From NCBI GenBank assembly GCA_016217905.1, contig JACRFL010000002.1, positions 18,817 to 82,816 of the forward strand: a stretch of 64,000 bases of DNA, given 5' to 3'. Positions 48,145 to 56,769 of the stretch are shown here, piece by piece (position 1 is the stretch's first letter; the number at the start of each line of letters is the position of its first letter). Source of the stretch: Candidatus Kaiserbacteria bacterium. Its GTDB lineage: Bacteria > Patescibacteriota > Minisyncoccia > Phycocordibacterales > Phycocordibacteraceae. The position numbers and the translations under genes are program-made. Under the pieces are notes generated by a model that made no database searches, had not been told where the DNA came from, and was given only the letters and a program-made list of their open reading frames with translations.

Positions 48145-48474
48145 TCAAATGTTTTTGAAGATATAGAGACGAACCGGACAGTCGCGGGAGATCCCGCACA
48201 AACCGTCAAACGAGAGAAGTTCTCTGGTCCTCGGGCAGTCGCACCTCGTTACGGGGATCCCGTGGCCGACCATAAGGGGACAGTCCGGTGCCGACGGTGG
48301 CGGCTCGATCTTGCCGTCAAACTCCCTGCGGACAAACACCGCCAAATCGCTGTGCGTGGCCGTTGGAATCTTTTTCTTCGACCTTATCATCCTCCTGTTC
48401 ATTTGCGCCTGCCGCCGCTCCTCCATGGCAGTGAAGAACTCGCGTGAGTAACCGGTCACGGTCTCTCCTTTCAA
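48145..48474 (-). CDS. Hypothetical Cys-rich small protein
   Basis: 109-aa ORF with CPLMVGHG...CDCP...CG...CP cysteine pattern. No confident family assignment. Confidence 0.3.
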   Translation of the reverse strand: MKGETVTGYSREFFTAMEERRQAQMNRRMIRSKKKIPTATHSDLAVFVRREFDGKIEPPPSAPDCPLMVGHGIPVTRCDCPRTRELLSFDGLCGISRDCPVRLYIFKNI

Positions 48475-48620
48475 GTAACATCGGACAATTGGGCAAAAAA
48501 ATGCCGCGCACCGCGCGGTTTTCAGATTCTATATTGCCTGCTGTGTCTCATACCTCCTCAATTCTCCTCCGACGGCTCGCCTTTGGCAAGCCGAGATTGT
48601 CCACAAGCGCGGAATGCGCT

Positions 48621-50129
48621 TTATCGCGCAAATTCGACAACGCGGTTCTCGCGGATGATATTGACCTTGATTTCGCCCGGATATTTGAGCTCTTCTTGGA
48701 TGCGCTTGGCGATGTCGCGCGCAAGCGTGTGCATCGCGAGGTCGGAGACCTTGCCGGGGTTCACAAAGATGCGTATCTCGCGACCCGCGGCGATTGCATA
48801 GACTTTTTCAACGCCCTCAAAGGTCGCGGCAAGCCGCTCGAGGTCGCCGAGGCGCTCGAGATAGCGGTCCACCGTGTCGCGGCGTGCTCCCGGGCGACCG
48901 CCCGAGATAGCGTCAGCCACCTGTACGATGACCGCCTCCGGAGTTTCGTACGGGTACTCCTCGTGATGCGACTGCATCGCCTGTATCACGCGCGGGTCGA
49001 CCCCAAACTTCTCGAGGATGCGCCGCCCGATTTCGACATGCGTGCCTTGCACGTCGTGGTCGACCGCCTTGCCGATATCGTGGAGGAGGGCGCCCGCGCG
49101 CGCGACGCTCACATCCGCTCCGAGTTCCGTTGCGAGCATACCGGCGATATACGCCATTTCGACAGAGTGCGTAAGCACGTTCTGCCCGTAGCTCGTGCGG
49201 AAGTGGAGACGCCCGAGAAGCGCAACGAGCTTCGGGTCAAGTCCGATGACGCCCGTCTCGTAGGCTGCCGCCTCGCCCTTCTGCTTCACGATTTCCGCGA
49301 CTTCGGCGCGCGTTTTTTCAACCGTTTCTTCTATTTTCGCCGGCTGGATGCGGCCGTCGACGATGAGCTTTTCGAGCGCGATCTTGGCGATGGCGCGGCG
49401 CAGCGGATCGAAGGAGGAGAGGGTTATACGGTCCGGCGCGTCGTCGATGATGACATCGACGCCGGTCGCGCGTTCAAACGCCTTGATATTCCGCCCCTCC
49501 TTGCCGATGATCTTCCCTTTTACGTCCTCGGAGGGGAGCGCGACCGAGAGCGACATAACTTCGGCGTTGACCGCGTTAGCGAGACGGTGGATGACGCTCG
49601 TGAGGATGGCGCGCGCCTTATCCTCAAGGCGCTCGCGGCCGTGCGCGGCGAGTTTCTGCAGCCGCAGAAGGATCGCCTCCTCGTGCGCGCGCTCTATTTC
49701 GGAAAAGAGCTTCGCGCGCGCCTCCTCCTCGGAGAGATGTGCGACTTTCGCGAGTTCTTTGGAACGTTCTGCGGTAAGATTTTCCGCTTCGCTCTTCGCG
49801 CGCGCCGCTTCCTGTTCGCGCGCGCGGACTTCATTTTCTTTTTCATCAAGAAATTCTTCGCGGGAGGCGACACGCTCTTCTCGCGCGCCGATTTTTTCTT
49901 CGCGTTCTTCGATTGGCGCGAGGCGCTCGGTCTCAACGACCTCCGCGCGGAACTCGGCATCCGCGATAATCTTCGCCGCCGCCTCCTGCGCCTGGAGCAG
50001 TTTCCGCTTCGTGTCGAGTTCGACCGAACCGCGGCTTGCAAGGCCGATAAGGACGCGCAACACGTAGCCGAGTACCACGCCGCCGACGCCTGAAAGCGCG
50101 AGCATGATAAGTATGATTTTGAGTGACAT
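48621..50129 (-). CDS. rny: Ribonuclease Y
   Basis: N-terminal TM, coiled-coil, KH domain (IGKEGRNIKAFERATGVDVIID) and HD domain (LLHDIGKAVDHD). Confidence 0.9.
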   Translation of the reverse strand: MSLKIILIMLALSGVGGVVLGYVLRVLIGLASRGSVELDTKRKLLQAQEAAAKIIADAEFRAEVVETERLAPIEEREEKIGAREERVASREEFLDEKENEVRAREQEAARAKSEAENLTAERSKELAKVAHLSEEEARAKLFSEIERAHEEAILLRLQKLAAHGRERLEDKARAILTSVIHRLANAVNAEVMSLSVALPSEDVKGKIIGKEGRNIKAFERATGVDVIIDDAPDRITLSSFDPLRRAIAKIALEKLIVDGRIQPAKIEETVEKTRAEVAEIVKQKGEAAAYETGVIGLDPKLVALLGRLHFRTSYGQNVLTHSVEMAYIAGMLATELGADVSVARAGALLHDIGKAVDHDVQGTHVEIGRRILEKFGVDPRVIQAMQSHHEEYPYETPEAVIVQVADAISGGRPGARRDTVDRYLERLGDLERLAATFEGVEKVYAIAAGREIRIFVNPGKVSDLAMHTLARDIAKRIQEELKYPGEIKVNIIRENRVVEFAR

Positions 50130-50274
50130 ACGACGCCCGTTTTGTTAGCCCCGTCCCACAAGAGGGGGCGGGATAAAGTTCTAAAAAGGTGAGGGCGGTG
50201 AGGCGGTCGGGACAGTCAGTCAGCGAGGCGGTATGAGGGGACTGTAGCACAAACGAAGCGCGCCGGCGATAAGC

Positions 50275-50285
50275 GCGCAGTGTTT
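50275..50285. repeat. 11-bp direct repeat GCGCAGTGTTT (left copy; right copy at 51485..51495) bounding the AT-rich island
   Basis: Exact 11-mer at both boundaries. The left copy sits exactly where GC content drops. Both copies are the 3' arm of a GC hairpin. Confidence 0.45.
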
Positions 50286-50352
50286 TAGAAAATTAAGATT
50301 AAATCTAGTTTATAATCAACTATTAATAGCTTTACAATATATTTAAAAGTGG

Positions 50353-50381
50353 TTGACAATCAATAAACCAAGGAATACAAT
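50353..50381 (+). promoter_or_regulatory. Consensus-like sigma70 promoter TTGACA-17 bp-TACAAT for the island gene
   Basis: TTGACA at 50353..50358 and TACAAT at 50376..50381. The -10 element overlaps the annotated ATG, so the true start may be downstream or the transcript leaderless. Confidence 0.35.
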
Positions 50382-51417
50382 GGCCTTAATGAATCGAGAA
50401 ACTGAGGTATTACAGCTGGCAAAGCTGAAAAAAAGACTGAAAACTATGGATATTATGGATTCCTTTGGGATCTCGAGACAATATGCCGTTGTCCTAGTCA
50501 ACGACCTAATATCAAAAGGTAAATTGGTTAAGGTTGGTTCAACAAATAGAGCTTACTATTTGTTACCAGAATCAGCCGACGAGGCCGGGGCATTCCCTAC
50601 ACGGATTTCTAAACGGCTAAAAAATGTAGGGCTCCAAGAGCACGAAATTTATGAAGATATTCAAAACCAATATCCTCCCGTCAAACGCGTTTCTGAAAAT
50701 GTCAGAAGTATTTTTAATTACGCATTCTCTGAAATATTAAACAACGCAATTGAGCACTCGCAATCAAAATATATAGAAGTTGAGGTATCTGTTCAAAACC
50801 GCAAATTGCGTTTTATCATCAACGATTTCGGAATCGGCGTGTTTCGTAACATCATGAAAGAAAAAGGATTGAGAACAGAAGTGGAGGCAATGCAGGACTT
50901 GCTGAAAGGAAAGACCACCACGATGCCGAAATCTCATTCAGGTCAAGGCATATTCTTTACGTCAAAGGCGGCCGATGTGTTTACACTTCAAAGCTACGGA
51001 TATATTTTAACGATAAATAACAAGATACACGAGGTCTCATATAAAATCCTTCCCGCTCTTAAAAGAGGTACGCGAGTTAGTTTTTCAATTGACGTTAATT
51101 CCCCGCGACATCTGAGCGTTATCTTTAGGAAATTCAGTGTCGGTACAGAATTTGCATTCAACAAAACAGAAATAAAAGTGAAGTTGTACGCTTCTGGCGA
51201 CGGAATCCACGTATCCAGATCTCAGGCACGACGTATTTTGGAAGGATTAGATAAATTTGAATCTATAATTCTCGATTTCGATAAGGTGCCGACAATTGGA
51301 CAAGCGTTTGCAGATGAAGTTTTCAGGGTTTTTAAAGAAAAGTATCCAAATATTGAAATCCAACCAGTAAACATGGATGACGCAGTTCGTTTTATGGTCG
51401 AAAGAGTCGGTAAATAG
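50380..51417 (+). CDS. Winged-helix HTH + GHKL-type (HATPase_c, anti-sigma/serine-kinase-like) ATPase + C-terminal STAS-like (DUF4325-like) domain protein
   Basis: N-box E..NNAIEHS. G1 box INDFGIGV. G2 box SGQGIFF. N-terminal wHTH (LQLAKLKKRLKTMDIMDSFGISRQYAVVLVNDLISKGKLVKV). C-terminal about 90 aa domain. AAGGAA RBS. Confidence 0.6.
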   Translation: MALMNRETEVLQLAKLKKRLKTMDIMDSFGISRQYAVVLVNDLISKGKLVKVGSTNRAYYLLPESADEAGAFPTRISKRLKNVGLQEHEIYEDIQNQYPPVKRVSENVRSIFNYAFSEILNNAIEHSQSKYIEVEVSVQNRKLRFIINDFGIGVFRNIMKEKGLRTEVEAMQDLLKGKTTTMPKSHSGQGIFFTSKAADVFTLQSYGYILTINNKIHEVSYKILPALKRGTRVSFSIDVNSPRHLSVIFRKFSVGTEFAFNKTEIKVKLYASGDGIHVSRSQARRILEGLDKFESIILDFDKVPTIGQAFADEVFRVFKEKYPNIEIQPVNMDDAVRFMVERVGK

Positions 51418-51462
51418 AGGACTTGAGCTGCAACTTCGCGAAATCCGACTTCGTGGGAAACG

Positions 51463-51495
51463 AAACACTGCGCCGACGAAACCGGCGCAGTGTTT
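51463..51495. terminator. Hairpin with 13-bp stem (AAACACTGCGCCG-ACGAAAC-CGGCGCAGTGTTT), a probable bidirectional terminator between the island gene and clpP
   Basis: Perfect inverted repeat; U-rich tract follows on the minus (clpP) side. Confidence 0.5.
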
Positions 51496-51508
51496 CAGTG
51501 CTGTTTCG

Positions 51509-52081
51509 TCAATTAAAAACCTTGTCGACGAGACCGTACTTCTTCGCCTCCTCGGCGGTCATGAAGAAGTCGCGCTCGACGTCCTTCTCGATCTTCGCGA
51601 GCGGCTGGCCGGTATTCTTCGAGAGGATCTTGTTCAGCACGGCGCGCAGCTTCAAAATCTGCTTCGCGGTTATCTCGATGTCGGTGGCCTGACCCTCGGC
51701 ACCGCCGTGCGGCTGGTGGATCATCACTTCGGCGTTCGGCAGCGCAAAACGCTTGCCCTTTTCTCCCGCAGAGAGGAGAATCGCCGCGCCGGAGGCCGCC
51801 ATGCCGACGCACACCGTCGAGACATTCGGCTTCACGTGATTCATCGTGTCGGCCATCGCAAGGGTCGCGGTAACCGAGCCGCCCGGACTGTTGATGTAGA
51901 GCGAAATGTCCTTCTTCGGGTCCTCGGCTTCAAGGAAGAGGAGCTGCGCGATGACGAGATTGGCGACATCGTCATCAATAGGGCCGCCGAGAAAGACGAT
52001 GCGTTCCTTGAGGAGGCGCGAGTAGATGTCGTACGCGCGCTCGCCGAATTGGCTCTTCTCGATAACCATCGGGACGAGCAT
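51509..52081 (-). CDS. clpP: ATP-dependent Clp protease proteolytic subunit
   Basis: Ser region GMAASGAA, His region MIHQPHGG and Asp of the catalytic triad. [11 protein letters not shown]-terminal region. Confidence 0.95.
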   Translation of the reverse strand: MLVPMVIEKSQFGERAYDIYSRLLKERIVFLGGPIDDDVANLVIAQLLFLEAEDPKKDISLYINSPGGSVTATLAMADTMNHVKPNVSTVCVGMAASGAAILLSAGEKGKRFALPNAEVMIHQPHGGAEGQATDIEITAKQILKLRAVLNKILSKNTGQPLAKIEKDVERDFFMTAEEAKKYGLVDKVFN

Positions 52082-52135
52082 AGATGCGCGGGGTGAAGAT
52101 TTCATAGGTAAAAGGTTAAAGATAAAATGTCAGAA

Positions 52136-52309
52136 TCATTGCGCGGCCGCAGGCTCGGTGAATGCCCGATTTTCCGCGATTCGCTTGCCCCAGGAGTAGA
52201 ACGCGCCGATGACGATCATGAGCACGATGATGGCAATCGAGATGACGACGCCCCAAGACTGCGCTTTGGGCGACGGGATTCCGGGCGGGAGGAGTTTCTC
52301 GTCTTCCAT
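52136..52309 (-). CDS. Small hypothetical membrane protein (57 aa), not in the supplied ORF track
   Basis: Translation: MEDEKLLPPGIPSPKAQSWGVVISIAIIVLMIVIGAFYSWGKRIAENRAFTEPAAAQ*. One TM. Fills the clpP-ppa gap. Confidence 0.3.
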   Translation of the reverse strand: MEDEKLLPPGIPSPKAQSWGVVISIAIIVLMIVIGAFYSWGKRIAENRAFTEPAAAQ

Positions 52310-52311
52310 AG

Positions 52312-52836
52312 CTACTTTTTATCGTCGTACATTTTTCGGGCCCGCTCAAAAGCGGCTTCGGCTTCGACGCGACCCTTATAGCCCTTGATCACGACCTCGG
52401 CCGGTTTACCTTTGAGATTCTTGTACGTTTCGAAGAAATGCGCAAACTCCTTCAGCGCGTGTTTATTAAGATCCGCCAAGTCTTGGACATCGTCCCAGCG
52501 CTTGTCCTCCGTCGGGACGGCGATAATCTTATCGTCAGCGTCGCCGCCGTCAATCATGTTAAGAATACCGACTGGACGCACCGTCACCAGGACGCCCACA
52601 TTGAGCGGGTAGGTCGTGAGCACGACGACATCGAGTGCGTCACCGTCATCCCACAATGTCTGCGGGACGAAGCCATAATCGAACGGGTAAGCGGCCGCAT
52701 CGTAATTCGCCCGGTCGAGCTTGATGAGACCGGTTTTCTTGTCGATCTCGTATTTATTGTGTGAATCCTTTGGGATCTCGATGACAACGTTCATCTCCTC
52801 CCTCGTTCCCGGGTCGATATCGTGGAGCAAGTTCAT
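52312..52836 (-). CDS. ppa: Inorganic pyrophosphatase (family I)
   Basis: DHNKYEIDKKTGLIKLDR...DGDALDVVVL...IDGGDADDKIIAV. Confidence 0.95.
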   Translation of the reverse strand: MNLLHDIDPGTREEMNVVIEIPKDSHNKYEIDKKTGLIKLDRANYDAAAYPFDYGFVPQTLWDDGDALDVVVLTTYPLNVGVLVTVRPVGILNMIDGGDADDKIIAVPTEDKRWDDVQDLADLNKHALKEFAHFFETYKNLKGKPAEVVIKGYKGRVEAEAAFERARKMYDDKK

Positions 52837-52851
52837 ACGCGAATCAGTATA

Positions 52852-54234
52852 CTACTCGTCTTTTGCCTTGTCGCGGTCTTCTCCGGCGTCCGCAACGGTC
52901 TCATCGCTCGAGGGGAGAGCGGCGAGTTCTTCTTCGGCGGGAAGCTCGGTTACTTGCGGGGCCTCGTCGGTAATTATCTCCACGCTTTCGGTCGGCATGA
53001 CGCCCGCCGCTTCGGCGGGCTGCTCCTCGCCGTTTACAACAGCGACCGTTGTGCCATCGGATTCCGCGACTTCCGTACCGGCGGCGGACACGATGTCGAT
53101 ATTCCATCCCGTGAGCTTCGCGGCAAGGCGGACGTTCTGTCCGCCGCGACCGATGGCAAGCGACTGCTCGTCTTCGGCGACGGTCACGGTGGCGCGGTGA
53201 TCCGCTTCATCAAGGACGACCTCGATCGGGGTGGCGGGCGAGAGCGCTTCCTTCACGAACTCTTTCGCGTCGTCGTTCCATTCGATGATGTCAATGCGTT
53301 CGCCGCCGAGCTCGCTCATCACGGTCGAGACGCGCACGCCGCGCTGGCCGACCAAGGAGCCGACCGGGTCGACATGCGCATCGAGCGAGGCGAGCGCTAT
53401 TTTGGTGCGGCTGCCCGGCTCGCGCGCGAGCGCTTTTACTTCGATAGCGCCTGAGGCGAGCTCCGGCGCTTCCATCTCGAAGAGCTTCACGACGAAAAGA
53501 GGATGCGCGCGAGAGAGCCGCAGGTACACGCCGCGGAAGCCTTCGTCCACCGCGTAGAGGTACGCGCGGATGCGCTCGCCGATGCGGTACCGCTCGCCGG
53601 GGATCTGCTCCTCGTAGGGGATGATGCCGGTCGTGCGCCCGAGATCGATGAAAAGAGCTCCCCGCTCCATGCGCTGGACGGTGCCGCTTACGATCTGCCC
53701 CTTCTTCTCGCCGAACTCCTCCATCATCGAGAGCTTCTCGGCTTCGCGCACCTTCTGGATGACCACCTGCTTGGCGGTCTGCGCCGCGATGCGGCCGAAG
53801 TCGTCCTGCGGCTCAAGCGGGAAGATGATCTCCTCGCCGACCTCCGCGCCACGCTTCATCAACCTCGCGTCGGCCAGAAGAATGTGCTTCTCCGGATCAA
53901 AACGCGGAAGCTCTCCCTCGGCTAAATCATGTTCTGCATGATCGCCCGACCATCCGCCGCGCGGATGGTGTAGAGCGAGATGTTCTTCCGCGACCACCTC
54001 ATCCGGGGCGGGGAAGCGCACCGTCGTGTCGTCCGCCACCGTCTTCACCTGCTCAAAGGAGATGGTGCCCGTGTTGAGGTCGAGCTTGGCGCGCACGACC
54101 TGCCCGCGCTTGCCGTATTCGCGCTTGTAGGCGGTTGCCATCGCGCTCTCGATAGCCTCGACCATCGTGGCGCGGCTGATCCCGCGGTCTTCAAACTCCC
54201 CGAGCACTGCATTGATGGTCTTTAAATCAATCAT
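52852..54234 (-). CDS. nusA: Transcription termination/antitermination factor NusA with an acidic C-terminal tail
   Basis: N-terminal domain (INAVLGEFEDRGISRA...), S1 domain, two KH domains (GSLVGQRGVRV; AIGRGGQNVRLAAKLTGW). Start at the internal MIDLKT. Confidence 0.9.
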   Translation of the reverse strand: MIDLKTINAVLGEFEDRGISRATMVEAIESAMATAYKREYGKRGQVVRAKLDLNTGTISFEQVKTVADDTTVRFPAPDEVVAEEHLALHHPRGGWSGDHAEHDLAEGELPRFDPEKHILLADARLMKRGAEVGEEIIFPLEPQDDFGRIAAQTAKQVVIQKVREAEKLSMMEEFGEKKGQIVSGTVQRMERGALFIDLGRTTGIIPYEEQIPGERYRIGERIRAYLYAVDEGFRGVYLRLSRAHPLFVVKLFEMEAPELASGAIEVKALAREPGSRTKIALASLDAHVDPVGSLVGQRGVRVSTVMSELGGERIDIIEWNDDAKEFVKEALSPATPIEVVLDEADHRATVTVAEDEQSLAIGRGGQNVRLAAKLTGWNIDIVSAAGTEVAESDGTTVAVVNGEEQPAEAAGVMPTESVEIITDEAPQVTELPAEEELAALPSSDETVADAGEDRDKAKDE

Positions 54235-54376
54235 ATGGAATGTGTATGTCGCACTGTTTATAAAGAAAGCCCCGTTGGGGCATTCAGGTGGGGAGAAGTA
54301 TATCAAACCTACTTTGGGTGTCAACAATGGCTGAGAGGGTATATACTGGGCGCACTTATTCATTAACTACAGACAC

Positions 54377-54640
54377 ATGGCTGAAGGACTGCAGGAAGGA
54401 TCGTGGGAGGAACAAAAGAGAAACCTGGACAAGAATCCAGATTTTCACATGGACACGAGCAAGGAAGTCGACCCGGTAGAAAGGCTTGTCGAGCAGTTGG
54501 GATGGGAAGGCGCGCTGGAGCGTGTCCAAGAGAATCTTGATAAAAATCCCAATGACGAAGAGGCTCGTCGGCAGGCGAATCTTATGGTCAATCTTATGAA
54601 CAAAAAAATGCAGGGGCTGAGGGATAAACTAAGCCACTAA
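54377..54640 (+). CDS. Small hypothetical acidic protein (87 aa) in a lower-GC stretch
   Basis: ORF only; helical/charged; about 45% GC. Confidence 0.3.
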   Translation: MAEGLQEGSWEEQKRNLDKNPDFHMDTSKEVDPVERLVEQLGWEGALERVQENLDKNPNDEEARRQANLMVNLMNKKMQGLRDKLSH

Positions 54641-54710
54641 AACTCGGAATACGTTTCGTGTGTGCAATGCGCGTCCAGCCACAGGCCGGACGCGCTATAC
54701 TGTACTCTCT

Positions 54711-55013
54711 ATGCCCGGTATGACAACTTCGGATAAAAACTTTCACTATGTCTATGTGCTTGAAAGCGCATCGGATGGTAAGCGATATATCGGGATGACT
54801 GCGGATCTACGCCGACGGTTCCAAGAGCATCAAAAAGGTAAAAGTTTTGCTACGGCTCCGCGGCGGCCTTTCTCGCTCATTCACTACGAAGCAGGTCGGT
54901 CGTATGTAGACGCCAAGAACCGCGAGAAGTATTTCAAGACAACGGCAGGCCGCCGCTCTCTTGCAAGGCGACTTCGAGATTACGTCGAAAGGCGTGATCC
55001 GAAGTTGTCATAA
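54711..55013 (+). CDS. GIY-YIG nuclease-domain small protein
   Basis: FHYVYVLESASDGKRYIGMTADLRRRFQEH (GIY...YIG with the Arg/Glu catalytic residues). Confidence 0.7.
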   Translation: MPGMTTSDKNFHYVYVLESASDGKRYIGMTADLRRRFQEHQKGKSFATAPRRPFSLIHYEAGRSYVDAKNREKYFKTTAGRRSLARRLRDYVERRDPKLS

Positions 55014-55019
55014 CCGGGT

Positions 55020-56768
55020 ATGCACGTTTCGGAAGGAGAACTGAAAGAGTTCATCATCGATTCGGGCCTCGTCGCTAAGAAAGATATCGACACGGCGGAT
55101 CTTGAGGCGAAAGAGCGCGGACAATCGCTCGGCGACATCCTTGTCTCTCGCGGCTCCCTGACCGAAGACGCGCTCCGGCGCATCCAGGCGTACGTGCTTG
55201 GCATTCCTTTTGTGAACCTGAAAGAGCATCGCGTGCCAGCCGACGTTCTCGCCCTCATCCCCGAGCCGATCGCGCGCACGCATAACATTATCGCCTATAA
55301 GAGAGAGGGGGATTCCCTTGACGTGGCGATGCTCGATACCGAGGACCTCGCGTCGATCGATTCGGTGCGGAAAAAGACCGGATTCAAGATATTGCCGCGG
55401 CTCACCGACACCGAGAGCATCAAATATACGCTCCTTCAGTATCAGAAGTCGCTCAAGGACGAATTCGGGGACATCATCTCGACCGAAGCGGGGAAGATCC
55501 GCGTTGTCGCAGAGGGCGGGAAGGATCTCTCGGGCGACGAACTCAAGAAGATCGCCGAAGACTTGCCGATCGTGCGTATCGTCGACACGCTCCTGCGACA
55601 CGCCATCGTGCAAGACGCTTCCGATATTCACATCGAGCCCATGGAAACCGAGGTGCTCGTCCGCTATCGCATCGACGGCATCCTGCACGACGCCATGACG
55701 CTTCCGAAAACCGCCGCCGCTGGCATCGTCGCGCGCATCAAGGTGCTCGCGAACCTGAAGCTCGACGAGAAGCGCTTGCCGCAGGACGGCCGCTTCAAGA
55801 TGGAGACCGAGGCCGACCGCGTGTCCTTCCGCGTCTCGATCCTTCCCACCTTCTTCGGCGAGAAAACCGTCATGCGCCTTTTGCGCGAAACAGGGGAGGG
55901 CTTCACGCTCGATGTGCTCGGGCTCCACGGCGAGAACATGGAGCGCATTCATCATGCGCTCAAGCAGACGACCGGGATTATCCTCATCAGCGGACCGACC
56001 GGAAGCGGCAAGACCACGACCTTGTATACGATGCTCGACATCCTGAACCAGCCGGACGTGAACATCTCGACCGTCGAGGATCCGATCGAGTATCAGATGA
56101 AGCGCGTCAACCAGACACAGGTGAATCCGCAGATAGGGTTCACCTTCGCGAACGGGCTCCGCTCGCTCGTGCGCCAGGACCCGGACATCATCATGGTCGG
56201 CGAGATCCGCGACGGCGAGACCGCGTCGCTCGCTATTAATGCCGCGCTGACCGGCCACCTGGTGCTCTCTACCATCCACACCAACAGCGCGGCGGGCGCC
56301 ATTCCGCGGCTGATCGATATGGGCGTCGAGCCGTTCCTTCTCGCTTCCACCATCCGCGTTATCGTCGGGCAGCGATTGGTCCGTAGGCTCTGCGAGGGCA
56401 AGGAAGCGTATGCGATGGACAAAGCCATGCGCGCGAAGATTGCAGCAGATGAGGAATTCGCCACCGTCTTCAGGGTTCTTCAGGAGGAGAAGTTGGTAAA
56501 AAAAGGCTCCGCTATCGACGATATTTCTTTCTATCGGCCCGTTCCTTCGGTCGAGTGCGAGGATGGCTATAAGAGCCGCATCGGCATCCACGAGGTGCTC
56601 GCGGTATCGCCGACTATTCGCGAGATCATGCTCCACACAAGCACGAGCGACGCGCTCGAGGAACAGGCGCGGAAGGAGGGCATGCTCACGATGTTCGAGG
56701 ACGGCCTCTACAAGGCCGCCCGCGGCATCACGAGCATTGAAGAGGTGCTGCGCGCGATAACCGAATGA
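55020..56768 (+). CDS. pilB: Type IV pilus assembly / type II secretion ATPase (GspE/PilB family)
   Basis: N-terminal GSPII-E domain. Walker A GPTGSGKTTTLY. Asp box, Walker B and His box. CxxC-less tetracysteine-like region. Confidence 0.9.
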   Translation: MHVSEGELKEFIIDSGLVAKKDIDTADLEAKERGQSLGDILVSRGSLTEDALRRIQAYVLGIPFVNLKEHRVPADVLALIPEPIARTHNIIAYKREGDSLDVAMLDTEDLASIDSVRKKTGFKILPRLTDTESIKYTLLQYQKSLKDEFGDIISTEAGKIRVVAEGGKDLSGDELKKIAEDLPIVRIVDTLLRHAIVQDASDIHIEPMETEVLVRYRIDGILHDAMTLPKTAAAGIVARIKVLANLKLDEKRLPQDGRFKMETEADRVSFRVSILPTFFGEKTVMRLLRETGEGFTLDVLGLHGENMERIHHALKQTTGIILISGPTGSGKTTTLYTMLDILNQPDVNISTVEDPIEYQMKRVNQTQVNPQIGFTFANGLRSLVRQDPDIIMVGEIRDGETASLAINAALTGHLVLSTIHTNSAAGAIPRLIDMGVEPFLLASTIRVIVGQRLVRRLCEGKEAYAMDKAMRAKIAADEEFATVFRVLQEEKLVKKGSAIDDISFYRPVPSVECEDGYKSRIGIHEVLAVSPTIREIMLHTSTSDALEEQARKEGMLTMFEDGLYKAARGITSIEEVLRAITE

Positions 56769-56769
56769 T

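Larger units (their letters stand above)
50286..51484. mobile_element. AT-rich (about 35% GC) single-gene genomic islet in a genome of about 64% GC, probably horizontally acquired
   Basis: Abrupt compositional shift. Flanked by 11-bp direct repeats. No integrase inside. Confidence 0.5.

Noticed and set aside
52116-52349. Track ORF of 77 aa (minus) and 84 aa (plus, 52127..52381) between clpP and ppa.
   Set aside because: Arg/His-rich shadow frames. The alternative 57-aa frame with a clear TM helix is more plausible and is listed instead.
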